NCBI GenBank assembly: GCA_030632085.1 | Contig: DAOVJY010000001.1 | Location: forward strand, 2,125 to 66,124 | DNA length: 64,000 nucleotides | Reading direction: 5' to 3' | Source: Candidatus Omnitrophota bacterium | Lineage (GTDB): Bacteria > Omnitrophota > Gorgyraeia > JAGLLT01 | In this document: in pieces, positions 9,401-18,949 of the stretch | Numbering within the stretch: the first letter of the stretch is position 1 | Layout: the number at the start of each line of letters is the position of its first letter | The notes under the pieces: generated by a model | Told to the model about the DNA's origin: nothing | What the model saw: only the letters and a program-made list of their open reading frames with translations | The model's database searches: none | Position numbers and translations under genes: made by a program

Positions 9401-10033
9401 TTTTCTGGCTTGGCGTTCAATTGACTTAATTTGCCTATTGACTTCATTAACAACATCATTAACTCTTTGTAAGTTAACTTTGGTATGCTCCAGTTTTCTG
9501 AGAGCTTCTTGTTTCTGAGATTTATATTTTGTAATTCCCGCGGCTTCATCAAAAATAAACCTTCTGTCTTCCGGTTTTGTGCTCAGGATTAAATCCATTT
9601 TTCCTTGTTCAATTAAAGAATAAGCAACCGTACCCACACCGGTTCCGTGAAATAAATCCTGCACATCCTTCAGGCGCACCCTTGTTTTATTTAACAAGTA
9701 TTCACTTTCTCCCGACCTGTGAAGCCGCCTGGTTACGGTAACCTCACTATAATCAATAGGTAATACTTTGTCATCATTACTAAGCGTCAAAGAAACCTCA
9801 GCTATATTAATAGGCTCACGATTATTAGTGCCGTTAAAAATAACATCTCCCATGGCAGCGCCCCTAAGAGCTGTAGGCTTTTGTTCGCCAAGTACCCATT
9901 TAATAGAGTCGGCGATATTAGATTTACCACAACCATTAGGGCCCACAATAGCAGTAACGCCGGGTTCAAAATTAATCTTTGTTTTTTCGGCGAACGATTT
10001 AAAACCGAATATTTCAAGCTTTTTTAAGCGCAT
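6446..10033 (-). CDS. smc: Chromosome segregation protein SMC
   Basis: 1195 aa. N-terminal Walker A FGPNGCGKSN, long coiled coils, hinge, C-terminal LSGGEK signature and Walker B. Confidence 0.9.
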   Translation of the reverse strand: MRLKKLEIFGFKSFAEKTKINFEPGVTAIVGPNGCGKSNIADSIKWVLGEQKPTALRGAAMGDVIFNGTNNREPINIAEVSLTLSNDDKVLPIDYSEVTVTRRLHRSGESEYLLNKTRVRLKDVQDLFHGTGVGTVAYSLIEQGKMDLILSTKPEDRRFIFDEAAGITKYKSQKQEALRKLEHTKVNLQRVNDVVNEVNRQIKSIERQARKAERYKEQFETLKSLEIKSAYRKFIDLKKQRLSSDNRKSDLKDKESALLSSTKEMDAQVESLRQKLNNFEERLSGFHSKKVEVSSILEKNLSKIDLNKERSAELNDRINYLDTQSSASDEKLSKLNEQIKLAKEELEKIESSTTEKNSKLTEFETTQNELSRGVEEKTREIKEGKDELINLAAEETKFNNELVELKANLQNINSRLRRLNIDKDDTLKEQELIDERKKNLDAEYERINTDLDDLKREKITLSENLESDRNAFNKLKNEIDELQHVMTSLKSKLDFLKDLKERYEGYSNSVKSLLMQAKSQELPFVGICDSLANLIKVKDGYEICAEIAIGSYAQDIIIDNVERLKEAIEHIDAGGLGRINFLILDKIDHLELRPDANLKAQTLGPLCDFIDVDERYSGIIKYVAKDTYIVNSASEAKSILKNSQLSPKIRIITKAGEIYSLARISGGACNLSEETSLIGRDARINKLADELKIKSTEVEQKKKLTVEKETEIKLLEDKIRALEDVIHQDEIKKANFESKLNALNGEHKKFEEEVLLIDAEAQESQEERSKLSRRQIENEQKLHETKERSVVLQALISENESVIKESNQKIQDILVSLTQIKTELSSIDKLYANKADMCGVVEHSIEESNGVLENNRNERSISVHKIAELTCEVEKLKLDNEQCDQSKSGIESEIQSLSLARNNILTALKEHNINLRKKQDDLNNLRNNLHTYDVKNTESSFKIENLCDRVENAYQINISKVELQLEDNINWDELEREVDVLKKKLQGMGAVNLVAIEEHQELRDRFDFLSHQKQDLEDARESLHKAIIKINKTTTAMFKETFEQIKVTFEEFFKLLFGGGSAKIYLVDERNVLESGIEIIARPPGKKLQNISLLSGGEKALCAIALLFAVFKVKPSPFCVLDEIDAPLDEANVVRFTRVLSEFIKSSQFIIITHNKKTIDMADVMYGVTMEESGISKIVSVKFIESEEKEPAVVA

Positions 10034-10084
10034 ATTTTAAGAATCCTTCTTGCTTTTAAACATAACGCATTCAACTACAAGACA

Positions 10085-10113
10085 AATATATCATAATTCC
10101 TCGTATCTGTCAA
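10085..10113 (-). promoter_or_regulatory. Putative sigma70 promoter for smc (TTGACA-17-TATATT)
   Basis: Minus strand: cTTGACAgatacgaggaattatgaTATATTtg, ~50 nt upstream of the smc ATG. Confidence 0.35.
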
Positions 10114-10140
10114 GACTGCAAAGAGTTATGTAATTTCTAA

Positions 10141-10180
10141 AAAAATTGTATTAAAATAGACCACAATATATAGTGGTCTA
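10141..10180 (-). terminator. Rho-independent terminator after etfA
   Basis: Minus strand: tagaccac-tatatatt-gtggtcta hairpin followed by ttttaatacaattttttt. Confidence 0.5.
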
Positions 10181-10223
10181 TTAACACAACATATTGTGGC
10201 TTAAGAGATTAGACTAAATAAAA

Positions 10224-11435
10224 TTATTCGCTGGAGGATTGAATACTCTTTATGAGTGCTGGAATTATTTTAAATAAATCTCCAACAACCCCATAATTAG
10301 CAACTTTAAATATGGGAGCATCGGGGTTTTTATTAATCGCGATAATTACATCCGAAGACTGCATTCCGACTAAATGCTGAATCTGGCCCGATATGCCGCA
10401 AGCAATATATAGTTTAGGGCAAACCGTCCGCCCTGTCTGGCCTACTTGATGAGAGTAAGGAACCCAGCCGGCATCAACTATAGACCTTGAAGCCCCCACC
10501 GCCCCGTTTAACGCTTTCGCGAGTTCCTCAATTAATGTTATGTTTTCCCTGGAACCAATACCTCTTCCCGCGGCAACTATAATATCAGCTTCTGTAATGT
10601 TAACTGTCTCTTCAATTTCCTCAATAATATCCTTAAGAATAATGTCGGTATTTAAAAGTTCGCTTGATACTTTTTCTTCAATTATTTCACCCTTGCGGTT
10701 CTCATCTTCCTTTGCCTCAGCAAAAACTTTATGCCTGACTGTTGCCATTTGCGGCCTATGCTTCTGACACATAATCGTCGCCATAATATTACCGCCAAAG
10801 GCGGGCCTTGTCTGAAGTAATAATTTACTTTTTTTATCAATTTCAAGAGCGGTGCAGTCAGCAGTTAAGCCGGTATTAAGTTTTATTGCCAGGCGCGGAA
10901 CCAGAGACCTGCCAATGGTTGTTGCTCCGGCAAGAATTATTTCAGGTTTATATTTTTTTATAATCTCGGTAATTACCGCTGAATAAGGCCCGCTTTGGTA
11001 ATGATTTAATATTGTATTTTCTACGATTATTACTTTATCAGCTCCTCTATGAATTAAACACTGAGCCTCTTGTTTGACGCTAGACCCTAATAAAACTGCC
11101 GTTAAATCAACCTTCAATTCATCGGCTAATTCTCTGCCTTTATTTAACAGTTCATATGACACCGATTGTACTTTATTATTTTTTTGCTCGGCTAATATCC
11201 AGACACCCATGGCTTCTTTGAGAGACACCGCCGATTCAAAACCGGCCTGTTTTTGCATTTCGATAGCTTCAAATTTACATTTTGATATGCACGCTCCGCA
11301 TAAAGTACATTTATCATAATCTATCTTTACTTTTTTACCTTGCATATAAAGAGCATTATACGGGCAAGCATCCAGGCAAGCCCGGCAACCGACGCATTTA
11401 TCTTCAAGTATCCGGATACTCTTTAAAACTTTCAC
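10224..11435 (-). CDS. etfA: Electron transfer flavoprotein alpha subunit with N-terminal 2x[4Fe-4S] ferredoxin domain
   Basis: N-terminus has CVGCRACLDACP and CTLCGACISKC ferredoxin motifs. The rest is ETF-alpha (FAD-binding C-terminal domain). Confidence 0.85.
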   Translation of the reverse strand: MKVLKSIRILEDKCVGCRACLDACPYNALYMQGKKVKIDYDKCTLCGACISKCKFEAIEMQKQAGFESAVSLKEAMGVWILAEQKNNKVQSVSYELLNKGRELADELKVDLTAVLLGSSVKQEAQCLIHRGADKVIIVENTILNHYQSGPYSAVITEIIKKYKPEIILAGATTIGRSLVPRLAIKLNTGLTADCTALEIDKKSKLLLQTRPAFGGNIMATIMCQKHRPQMATVRHKVFAEAKEDENRKGEIIEEKVSSELLNTDIILKDIIEEIEETVNITEADIIVAAGRGIGSRENITLIEELAKALNGAVGASRSIVDAGWVPYSHQVGQTGRTVCPKLYIACGISGQIQHLVGMQSSDVIIAINKNPDAPIFKVANYGVVGDLFKIIPALIKSIQSSSE

Positions 11436-12214
11436 TTTATCTCCTTGATCACATTTGATAACTTCTCAACAATATCAGATACTTCCCCCGTAAACATCTC
11501 ACCCTTTTCACGGGCCGGTGGTGAGAAAATTTTAACTACCTGCGTAGGTGAACCATCTAATCCTAAATATTCCGATTTAACATCCAGGTCATCGGCTCTT
11601 ATAGTTTTGATTTGGGCCTTTTTAGACCTCATCATACCTTTCAATGAAGGAATTCTGGGCTCATTTATTTCCTTAACAACGCTCATCAAACAAGGAAGCG
11701 AAGCTTCAATAATTTCATAACCTTCTTCTATTAATCTTTCCACTGTTATCTTGCCATTTTCTATATTTTCAACTTTCTTGACATATGTAATTTGCGGTAT
11801 ATTTAAATGAACGGCAATACCGGGGCCAACTTGAGCCGTATCTCCGTCCGCCGCCTGTTTTCCGCAGATAATAATATCAAATTGACCTATGGATTGAATA
11901 CCCTTAGCAAGAGTATAACTTGTAGCCCAGGTGTCACTTCCCGCGAAAGCCCTGTCGGACAAAAGAACGCCATCATCAACTCCCATGGAAATCGCTTCTC
12001 TTAAAATACTTTCAGCTTGAGGCGGGCCCATACTTATAACCGTGACTTTACCTTCATGCTTTTCTTTTATGCGCAGAGCTTCTTCCACAGCGTACATATC
12101 AAACGGATTCATAATAGAGTCCACGCCTTCTCTAATTAAAGTGTTAGTTTCCGGATCAATTCTGACATCCGTTGTATCAGGTACCTGTTTTACGCAGACT
12201 ACAATATTAAGCAA
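11432..12214 (-). CDS. etfB: Electron transfer flavoprotein beta subunit
   Basis: MLNIVVCVKQVPDTTDVRID is canonical EtfB. Overlaps etfA by 4 nt. Confidence 0.85.
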   Translation of the reverse strand: MLNIVVCVKQVPDTTDVRIDPETNTLIREGVDSIMNPFDMYAVEEALRIKEKHEGKVTVISMGPPQAESILREAISMGVDDGVLLSDRAFAGSDTWATSYTLAKGIQSIGQFDIIICGKQAADGDTAQVGPGIAVHLNIPQITYVKKVENIENGKITVERLIEEGYEIIEASLPCLMSVVKEINEPRIPSLKGMMRSKKAQIKTIRADDLDVKSEYLGLDGSPTQVVKIFSPPAREKGEMFTGEVSDIVEKLSNVIKEIK

Positions 12215-12232
12215 AGTACACCTCTTCTTATA

Positions 12233-13387
12233 TTATTTTTTTCGAGATTCTTTAATTAGACTAGCAGCGATAATGCTTCGCTGAATCTGGTTGGTGCCTT
12301 CATATATTTGAGTAATCTTGGCATCTCTCATATATTTCTCTATGGGATAATCTTTCATGTAACCATAACCGCCATATATTTGAATACAATCTACGGTTAC
12401 TTTCATGGCAACATCTGAAGCGTACATTTTACTCATAGCGGAAGCGCCGGCTACATTGTTTTTTTTCGCGTCAATCATTCTGGCGGTTGAATAAACCAAA
12501 GCTCTGGCGGCTTCTATTTCCGTCGCCATATCGGCCAACATAAACTGAATTCCTTGAAAATTTGAAATAGATTTACCGAACTGCTTACGTTCGGTAGCAT
12601 ATTTAACCGTAAGATCTAACGCTCCCTGCGCGATACCTAAGGCTTGAGCCGCGACACCGGGCCTGGACGCATCAAAAGTCCTCATAGTCGCAATAAAACC
12701 CATCCCTTCCTTACCGAGAACATTTTCTGCCGGCACCTTGCAATCATTGAAGACCAATTCGGTAGTAGTCGAAGCTCTTATACCCAATTTATCCTCCTTT
12801 TTACCAAAAGTAAAACCCTTAGTACCCTTCTCGATAATAAATGCTGTTGCCCCTCTGGCGCCTTTAGTTTTATTTGTCGTCGCGATAACGACATAGGTAT
12901 CAGCTACACCACCATTAGTAATAAAGTGCTTCATACCGTTAATAACATAATGATCGCCTTCTTTTTTGGCTGTGGTTTGAATAGCGGAAGCGTCACTTCC
13001 GGCCTCCGGTTCGGTAACCGCGAAGGCGGCAATTTTTTTACCACTGGCTAAATCGGGAATGTATTTCTTTTTCTGTTCTTCATTGCCCATAATAAGAATC
13101 GGAATTGTACCTAAGGCACTAGCCGCGTAGCAAACTGCTATACCACCACACGCCTTAGAAAGCTCTTCAGTGATTAAACAAAGCTCAAAAACTCCTCCGC
13201 CAAAACCTCCATACTTTTCAGGAAGATACACACCAAAAAGGTCGCTATCAGCCAAGGCTTTCATAACTTCATAAGGAAACTCACTTTTTTCATCCAGTTC
13301 CTTAGCAACAGGCCTAATTTTCTCGTCGGCAATCTTACGAGCTAAATCCTGCATCATCTTCTGTTCTTCAGTCAAAAGATAATCCAT
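12233..13387 (-). CDS. Short-chain acyl-CoA dehydrogenase (butyryl-CoA dehydrogenase-like)
   Basis: 384 aa ACAD fold with C-terminal catalytic YEGTNQIQR. Adjacent to etfBA. Confidence 0.85.
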   Translation of the reverse strand: MDYLLTEEQKMMQDLARKIADEKIRPVAKELDEKSEFPYEVMKALADSDLFGVYLPEKYGGFGGGVFELCLITEELSKACGGIAVCYAASALGTIPILIMGNEEQKKKYIPDLASGKKIAAFAVTEPEAGSDASAIQTTAKKEGDHYVINGMKHFITNGGVADTYVVIATTNKTKGARGATAFIIEKGTKGFTFGKKEDKLGIRASTTTELVFNDCKVPAENVLGKEGMGFIATMRTFDASRPGVAAQALGIAQGALDLTVKYATERKQFGKSISNFQGIQFMLADMATEIEAARALVYSTARMIDAKKNNVAGASAMSKMYASDVAMKVTVDCIQIYGGYGYMKDYPIEKYMRDAKITQIYEGTNQIQRSIIAASLIKESRKK

Positions 13388-13396
13388 AATTTTCTC

Positions 13397-14644
13397 CTAA
13401 CTTTCATTAAATTTCTTTATAGCGATAGTCGCGTTGTGTCCGCCAAAGCCCAAACTATTACTGAGAGCTATACTAAAATCAACTTTTCTAGCTTCATTGG
13501 GAACATAATCAAGATCGCAATCCGGATCCGGTACACTATAGTTAATTGTTGGAGGAATGATTCCTTCTTTTAAGGCTAGAGCCGTCGCGGATGCTTCAAT
13601 GGCTCCCGCGGCGCCCAACATATGACCGGTCATAGATTTAGTTGAACTTACCATCAATTTCTTAGCGTGTTCTTTAAAGGCTAGCTTAATGGCCTTAGAT
13701 TCTATTTTATCGTTTAAACGAGTTGAGGTTCCATGCGCGTTGATATAATCTACTTTATCAGGAGATATACCGGCATCTTCAAGAGCCAACTCCATTGAAC
13801 GAACAGCGCCTCTTGCTCCAGGATCGGGCGCGGTCATATGATATGCATCGCATGTGGCCCCATATCCCACAATTTCAGCTACTATATCAGCATTCCTTGC
13901 TAAAGCATGTTCTAATGATTCTAAAATAATAATTGCCGCCCCTTCAGCCATAATAAACCCATCTCTTTCTTTGTCAAAAGGACGGCTGGCATGTTCGGGG
14001 TCATCATTTCTTGTGGAAAGAGCTCTAGCGGAACAAAATCCTGCAAGGCCTAAAGGCGTTATCGCGTTTTCGCTGCCGCCAACAACCATCACATCAGCTT
14101 TTGAGTTTTGAATAATACGATAAGCTTCACCTATACCATGATTACTTGAAGCACAAGCGGTCACCACCGCAAGATTAGGGCCTTTTAAGTTATAATTTAT
14201 AGCTATCTGGCCCGATGCCATATTTATAATAAGCATCGGAATAAGAAAAGGAGATATCCTTTTAGGGCCTTTCTCAAGAAGAATTTTATGTTGCTCTTCA
14301 ATGGTTATAAGGCCGCCGATACCCGAAGACACTATACAGCCCATTCTCTCGGGATTTTCATTCTGTAAATCTAATTTGGCATCTTTAATAGCTTCATCGG
14401 CGGCTACAAGCGCGTACTGAACAAAACCATCCATGCGCCTGGCTTCCTTGGAATTAATCAAATGAGATGCGTCAAAATTCTTTACCTCACCAGCTATTTT
14501 ACTGGTATGTTCTGAAACATCAAACTTTGTATTCGGTCCAATTCCACCCTTACCGCCAATAAGCGATGACCAAAAATCTGATTTTGAATTACCTATAGGT
14601 GATATTATACCTATACCGGTAATAACAACTCTTTTAGTATTCAT
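13397..14644 (-). CDS. fabF: 3-oxoacyl-ACP synthase II
   Basis: KAS II with active-site Cys (AVVTACASS) and His/His motifs. Confidence 0.9.
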   Translation of the reverse strand: MNTKRVVITGIGIISPIGNSKSDFWSSLIGGKGGIGPNTKFDVSEHTSKIAGEVKNFDASHLINSKEARRMDGFVQYALVAADEAIKDAKLDLQNENPERMGCIVSSGIGGLITIEEQHKILLEKGPKRISPFLIPMLIINMASGQIAINYNLKGPNLAVVTACASSNHGIGEAYRIIQNSKADVMVVGGSENAITPLGLAGFCSARALSTRNDDPEHASRPFDKERDGFIMAEGAAIIILESLEHALARNADIVAEIVGYGATCDAYHMTAPDPGARGAVRSMELALEDAGISPDKVDYINAHGTSTRLNDKIESKAIKLAFKEHAKKLMVSSTKSMTGHMLGAAGAIEASATALALKEGIIPPTINYSVPDPDCDLDYVPNEARKVDFSIALSNSLGFGGHNATIAIKKFNES

Positions 14645-14667
14645 TAGTTTTAATTAAAATAAACTAT

Positions 14668-14904
14668 TCACTTTTTAGCTTTTTCTTCAATATATTTAAT
14701 GGCCAAATCAACCGTAGTCATCTTTTCCGCGTCTTCATCCGGAATCTCAATTCCAAATTCATCCTCCAAGGCCATTACTAATTCAACTGTATCAAGCGAA
14801 TCCGCGCCTAAGTCATCTATGAAAGAAGACTGAGTTGTAACTTCCTCTTTTTTAACGCCTAATTGCTCCGCGATTATAGATATAACCTTTCCTTCTGTGG
14901 ACAT
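14668..14904 (-). CDS. acpP: Acyl carrier protein
   Basis: 78 aa with an [16 protein letters not shown] phosphopantetheine-attachment motif. Confidence 0.9.
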   Translation of the reverse strand: MSTEGKVISIIAEQLGVKKEEVTTQSSFIDDLGADSLDTVELVMALEDEFGIEIPDEDAEKMTTVDLAIKYIEEKAKK

Positions 14905-15037
14905 TTCAATGTCCTCCTTTCTTAATGATCCGCCTTAGGCGGAGAATTAATCCCGCACTCATTCAAAGTTTTTATTTGCGGGATAAGTTCAGACATAGAA
15001 CTTGGTCTCGCTTTGCTCGCCTAAGTTCTATCTTTAC

Positions 15038-15778
15038 TTACATAAGCATTCCGCCATCCACCTGAATAACCTGGCCGGTTATATATCTGGATTGCGGTGA
15101 ACATAAAAATAGAACTAAATTTGCAATATCTTCCGTGGTGCCCAACTCACCTAAAGGTATCATTTTAAGCATAGCTTCTTTTACCGAATCACTTAACTCA
15201 TCCGTCATTTTTGTTTTTATATATCCGGGGGCAATAGCATTAGCCCTGACGCCTTTAGATCCAAGCTCTTTGGCTACTGTTTTAGTAAGAGCAATTAATC
15301 CCGCCTTAGAAGCGGCATAATTAGCCTGGCCGGGATTACCCATCAAGCCAATTATTGAAGCTATACTTATAATCACCCCGCCTCTTTGTTTTAACATGGG
15401 CCTGGAAACAGCTTTAATCAGGTTAAATGCCCCTTTTAGATTTATAGCCAAGACGCTATCCCAGTCTTTTTCTTCCATGCGAAGGAGTAATTTATCACGG
15501 GTAATTCCGGCATTATTGATAAGTATATCTATCTTTTGAAATTTGTCAAGGACATTGTTGATAAATTCCGTAACTTGTTGAGATGATGATACATCAACTA
15601 CAACAATCATAACTTCAACGCCTAATTTAGCAATATCCTTTTGAGCATTTTTAAGCTCATCCCGGTCGATATCACAAATTACTATCTTTGAACCTTCGCG
15701 GGCCAGTTTTAAGGCGATTTCCTTACCTATGCCTCTGGCAGCCCCTGTAATAACTGAAACTTTATCCTTTAATATCAT
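15038..15778 (-). CDS. fabG: 3-oxoacyl-ACP reductase
   Basis: SDR with TGAARGIG glycine-rich motif and YAASKAG catalytic motif. Confidence 0.9.
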   Translation of the reverse strand: MILKDKVSVITGAARGIGKEIALKLAREGSKIVICDIDRDELKNAQKDIAKLGVEVMIVVVDVSSSQQVTEFINNVLDKFQKIDILINNAGITRDKLLLRMEEKDWDSVLAINLKGAFNLIKAVSRPMLKQRGGVIISIASIIGLMGNPGQANYAASKAGLIALTKTVAKELGSKGVRANAIAPGYIKTKMTDELSDSVKEAMLKMIPLGELGTTEDIANLVLFLCSPQSRYITGQVIQVDGGMLM

Positions 15779-16704
15779 GTCTTTAATTCCTTTTTTACCT
15801 TTTCGATATCTTCTGATGAGCCAATATTATGAACTGTAAGTTCCGGATTTATCCGCTTTAACAACCCCTTCAAAACCCGCCCGGGCCCAATCTCAAAAAA
15901 TACAGTTACACCATTAGCTACCATACATTCCACGGATTTCTGCCAGTATGTTATTTGGCTGACCTGTTTAAAAAGATTAGTTTTAATACTTTCAGGATTA
16001 TCCTCTGTTTCTCCGGTTACATTAAAAACAATTTCACAGACAGGTTCTTTAATATTTATATCTTCCAGTTCATTCTTAAGCTTTAAACTAGCCTCCCGCA
16101 TAAGAACTGTATGAAAAGGGCCGCCCACCTTCAAAAGAAGGACTCTCTTAGCTCCCTTTTTTTTAGCTAAAACTTCAGCATCTTTTAAATTATTATGTTT
16201 CCCGGAGATTACAATTTGACCGGGACAATTTAAATTAGCTATATATGTCTGTGTTTCGCGGACGATTTCATTAATTTTTTCTAAATCTAAACCAAGTATT
16301 GTTAACATACTTCCCGGATTAGCAGCTGAGGCTTCCTGCATAAACTTACCGCGCTTAGCCACCAAGTTTATAGCATCCACAAAATCTATGCTGCCCGCGG
16401 CTGCCAAAGCACTGTATTCCCCCAAACTAAGGCCCGCTACATAGTCCGGCGTTACATCTAAACCGGATGAGCGCATAGCCGTTAAAGCCGCGATGCTGGC
16501 CGTCAATATAGCCGGTTGAGAAATGTTTGTTAAAGATAACTCCTCAAGAGGGCCGTGAAAACAAACTTTATTAATATCAAAATCAACTATAGCTTGCGCT
16601 TTATCAAAAATATCTTTAGAGGCGGGTATATTATTATATAAGCTTTCGGACATACCCACAAATTGAGCTCCCTGTCCCGGAAAAATAAAAGCCTTTTTTA
16701 CCAT
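15775..16704 (-). CDS. fabD: Malonyl-CoA:ACP transacylase
   Basis: GQGAQ and GLSLGEYSAL active-site serine motif. Confidence 0.9.
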   Translation of the reverse strand: MVKKAFIFPGQGAQFVGMSESLYNNIPASKDIFDKAQAIVDFDINKVCFHGPLEELSLTNISQPAILTASIAALTAMRSSGLDVTPDYVAGLSLGEYSALAAAGSIDFVDAINLVAKRGKFMQEASAANPGSMLTILGLDLEKINEIVRETQTYIANLNCPGQIVISGKHNNLKDAEVLAKKKGAKRVLLLKVGGPFHTVLMREASLKLKNELEDINIKEPVCEIVFNVTGETEDNPESIKTNLFKQVSQITYWQKSVECMVANGVTVFFEIGPGRVLKGLLKRINPELTVHNIGSSEDIEKVKKELKT

Positions 16705-17687
16705 CTGATAACAGCTCCTCCCCAGGTAAGGCCTCCGCCAAAAGTGGAAAGAACTACAATATCATCAGATTTAATAACCTTTTTTAACACCGCTTCATTA
16801 AGAGCCGTTACGGTTGATGCCGCTGACATATTGCCATATTTCTCTAAATTGATAAAAACTTTTTTATCTTCCAGGTTAAGGCGCTTACCAACCGCCTTTA
16901 TAATTCTTATATTTGCTTGATGCGGGACTAACATATCAATATCATCAGTAGTCATCTTACATAATTTTAAAGCTTCGTGAGCGCAATCAACCATCTTCTT
17001 AACAGCTATCTTAAAAAGCTCACTACCGCGCATTTTAATATACTGCATGCGTTCATCGATAATCCTGTAGGAGGCGGGATTCAAAGAACCTCCTCCCGGT
17101 ACATATAACAAGTCAGCTTTCCTGCCATCACTTCCCAAGTAAACTGATAATACGCCTTTATTGGAATTAGTTGGCCTTAAAATGCAAGCTCCGGCGCCAT
17201 CTCCAAATAAAACACAAGTGTTCCTGTCCTTCCAATCAGTTATCGAAGAGAGTTTATCGGCTGCTATTACCAAAATCGTCTTGTATTGAGCTGACTTTAT
17301 AAGAGCTTGAGAAACGCAAAGCGCGTACGGAAAACCGGCACACGCGGCGGATAAATCCATACAAGCGGCATTACTTGCCTTAATTCTTTGCTGAACAAAA
17401 CAGGCCGTTGAGGGAAAATTCATATCCGGAGTTACAGTTACCACTATTATTAAATCTATTTCGGAGGGGAGTATTTGAGCGTTTTTCATTGCTTCTTTAG
17501 CCGCCTTAGCCGCCATATGAGAAGTCGCTTCACCCGGAGCCGCTATTCTACGCTCTTTAACACCTGTTCTGGTTATAATCCATTCATCAGATGTATCAAC
17601 CATCTGCTCAAGGTCATGATTAGTAAGGATTTTTTCGGGGTAATAATTCCCTACTCCTATAATCTTTGCCCGTATTTCTTTATTCAT
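16698..17687 (-). CDS. fabH: 3-oxoacyl-ACP synthase III
   Basis: KAS III with Cys (ACAGF) and His-Asn catalytic residues. Sits between plsX and fabD as in the canonical cluster. Confidence 0.9.
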   Translation of the reverse strand: MNKEIRAKIIGVGNYYPEKILTNHDLEQMVDTSDEWIITRTGVKERRIAAPGEATSHMAAKAAKEAMKNAQILPSEIDLIIVVTVTPDMNFPSTACFVQQRIKASNAACMDLSAACAGFPYALCVSQALIKSAQYKTILVIAADKLSSITDWKDRNTCVLFGDGAGACILRPTNSNKGVLSVYLGSDGRKADLLYVPGGGSLNPASYRIIDERMQYIKMRGSELFKIAVKKMVDCAHEALKLCKMTTDDIDMLVPHQANIRIIKAVGKRLNLEDKKVFINLEKYGNMSAASTVTALNEAVLKKVIKSDDIVVLSTFGGGLTWGGAVIRW

Positions 17688-17745
17688 AATCCCCTTTTAA
17701 TCAACTTATACCCTTATATGGCACAAGCAAGATACAAACAATATT

Positions 17746-17798
17746 CAATCCTTCGATACTGCTCAGGATTGACCCTGAGTAAATTGAAGGGTCAAATA
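17746..17798. repeat. Nested palindromic element B, copy 1 (caatccttcgatactgctcaggattgaccctgagtaaattgaagggtcaaata)
   Basis: Near-identical copies at 45316-45367 and, inverted, at 54433-54485. Contains nested inverted repeats (ccttcRat/attgaagg, ctcagg/cctgag, ttgaccc/gggtcaa). Confidence 0.7.
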
Positions 17799-17802
17799 AC
17801 CA

Positions 17803-17915
17803 TACAAGAATAGCGACTTATGACTTATGACTTTGCACTTGCGTTTTGCATCTTGTCTTTTGTTTTTGTTTTTTTGCTTTTCATTTCTTGTGGCTTATGA
17901 CTTGTGTCTTGTGAC
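17803..17915. repeat. Degenerate CT/GT-rich tandem tract (cttatgacttatgact...cttgtgtcttgtgacttg)
   Basis: Member of a tract family also at 2876-3090, 3668-3758, 36091-36168, 36528-36810, 41575-41652 and 54320-54550. Confidence 0.7.
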
Positions 17916-17943
17916 TTGTTTTTTATACGTTAAACGCTATTTT

Positions 17944-18939
17944 TCAGCTGTGATTATTTTTTATTGAATCAATAATATGTTGATTTATATCATGTATTAC
18001 AGCTTCCGCGGCCACCCTGATGCCATTCTTTATAGCCTTAGCGGAAGAACGGCCGTGCCCTACAATGCAAATACCATCTATGCCTAAAAGCGGCGCGCCT
18101 CCATGTTCGGCGTAATCCACTTTTCTTTTTAACTTTTTAAAAGCCGGCATACTTAAAAGGCCGCCAATCATCGTAAGTAAGTTGCTGCTTAATTGCTGCT
18201 TAAATAAGCCGGCTACAGTTTCAGCTACGCTTTCTAAGACTTTTAAAATAATATTGCCGGTAAATCCGTCGCAAACAATTACATCCGCCTTGCCCGAAAA
18301 TATATCGCGGCCCTCAACATTGCCTACAAAGTTTAAATTGCTGTTACTCAATAAATCATGAGCCAATTTAATAAGTTCATTGCCTTTAGACTTCTCCTCA
18401 CCAATGCTAAGCAAACCTACTTTTACCTCTTTTTTTGCCAAAACATAACGGCAATAAACACTGCCCATAACGGCATATTGAAACATATGTTCCGGCTTGC
18501 AATCAACATTAGCTCCCACATCAATCAATAATGAATTATTGAGAAGCGTTGGCAAGACAACGCTGATCCCGGGCCTATCTATAGCCTCGAGAGTCCTCAG
18601 CTTTAGAGCCGCGCTGCAAACAACGGCCCCTGTATTTCCGGCGGTAAATAACGCGTCCGCCTTTTTTTCTTTTACAAGGTTAACAGCTACATTAATTGAA
18701 GAGTCCTTCTTCTTTCTGATAGTAGCTGCCGGTGATTCATCCATGCCTATAATTTCAGAGGCATGCTTAATAGATATCGTAGAAGGCACTTTCTTATGCC
18801 GAGAAAGCTCTTTTTCAATAGAATACTGTTCCCCTACAAGTATAATTTCATATCCATATTCAGAAGCTGCTAAAATTGAACCGTCTATAGCATTGTGCGG
18901 CGCGAAATCACCACCCATAGCATCTACCGCTATTATCAT
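17944..18939 (-). CDS. plsX: Phosphate:acyl-ACP acyltransferase
   Basis: 331 aa, PlsX family. Conserved rpmF-plsX-fabH context. Confidence 0.9.
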   Translation of the reverse strand: MIIAVDAMGGDFAPHNAIDGSILAASEYGYEIILVGEQYSIEKELSRHKKVPSTISIKHASEIIGMDESPAATIRKKKDSSINVAVNLVKEKKADALFTAGNTGAVVCSAALKLRTLEAIDRPGISVVLPTLLNNSLLIDVGANVDCKPEHMFQYAVMGSVYCRYVLAKKEVKVGLLSIGEEKSKGNELIKLAHDLLSNSNLNFVGNVEGRDIFSGKADVIVCDGFTGNIILKVLESVAETVAGLFKQQLSSNLLTMIGGLLSMPAFKKLKRKVDYAEHGGAPLLGIDGICIVGHGRSSAKAIKNGIRVAAEAVIHDINQHIIDSIKNNHS

Positions 18940-18949
18940 ACGCTTACCT

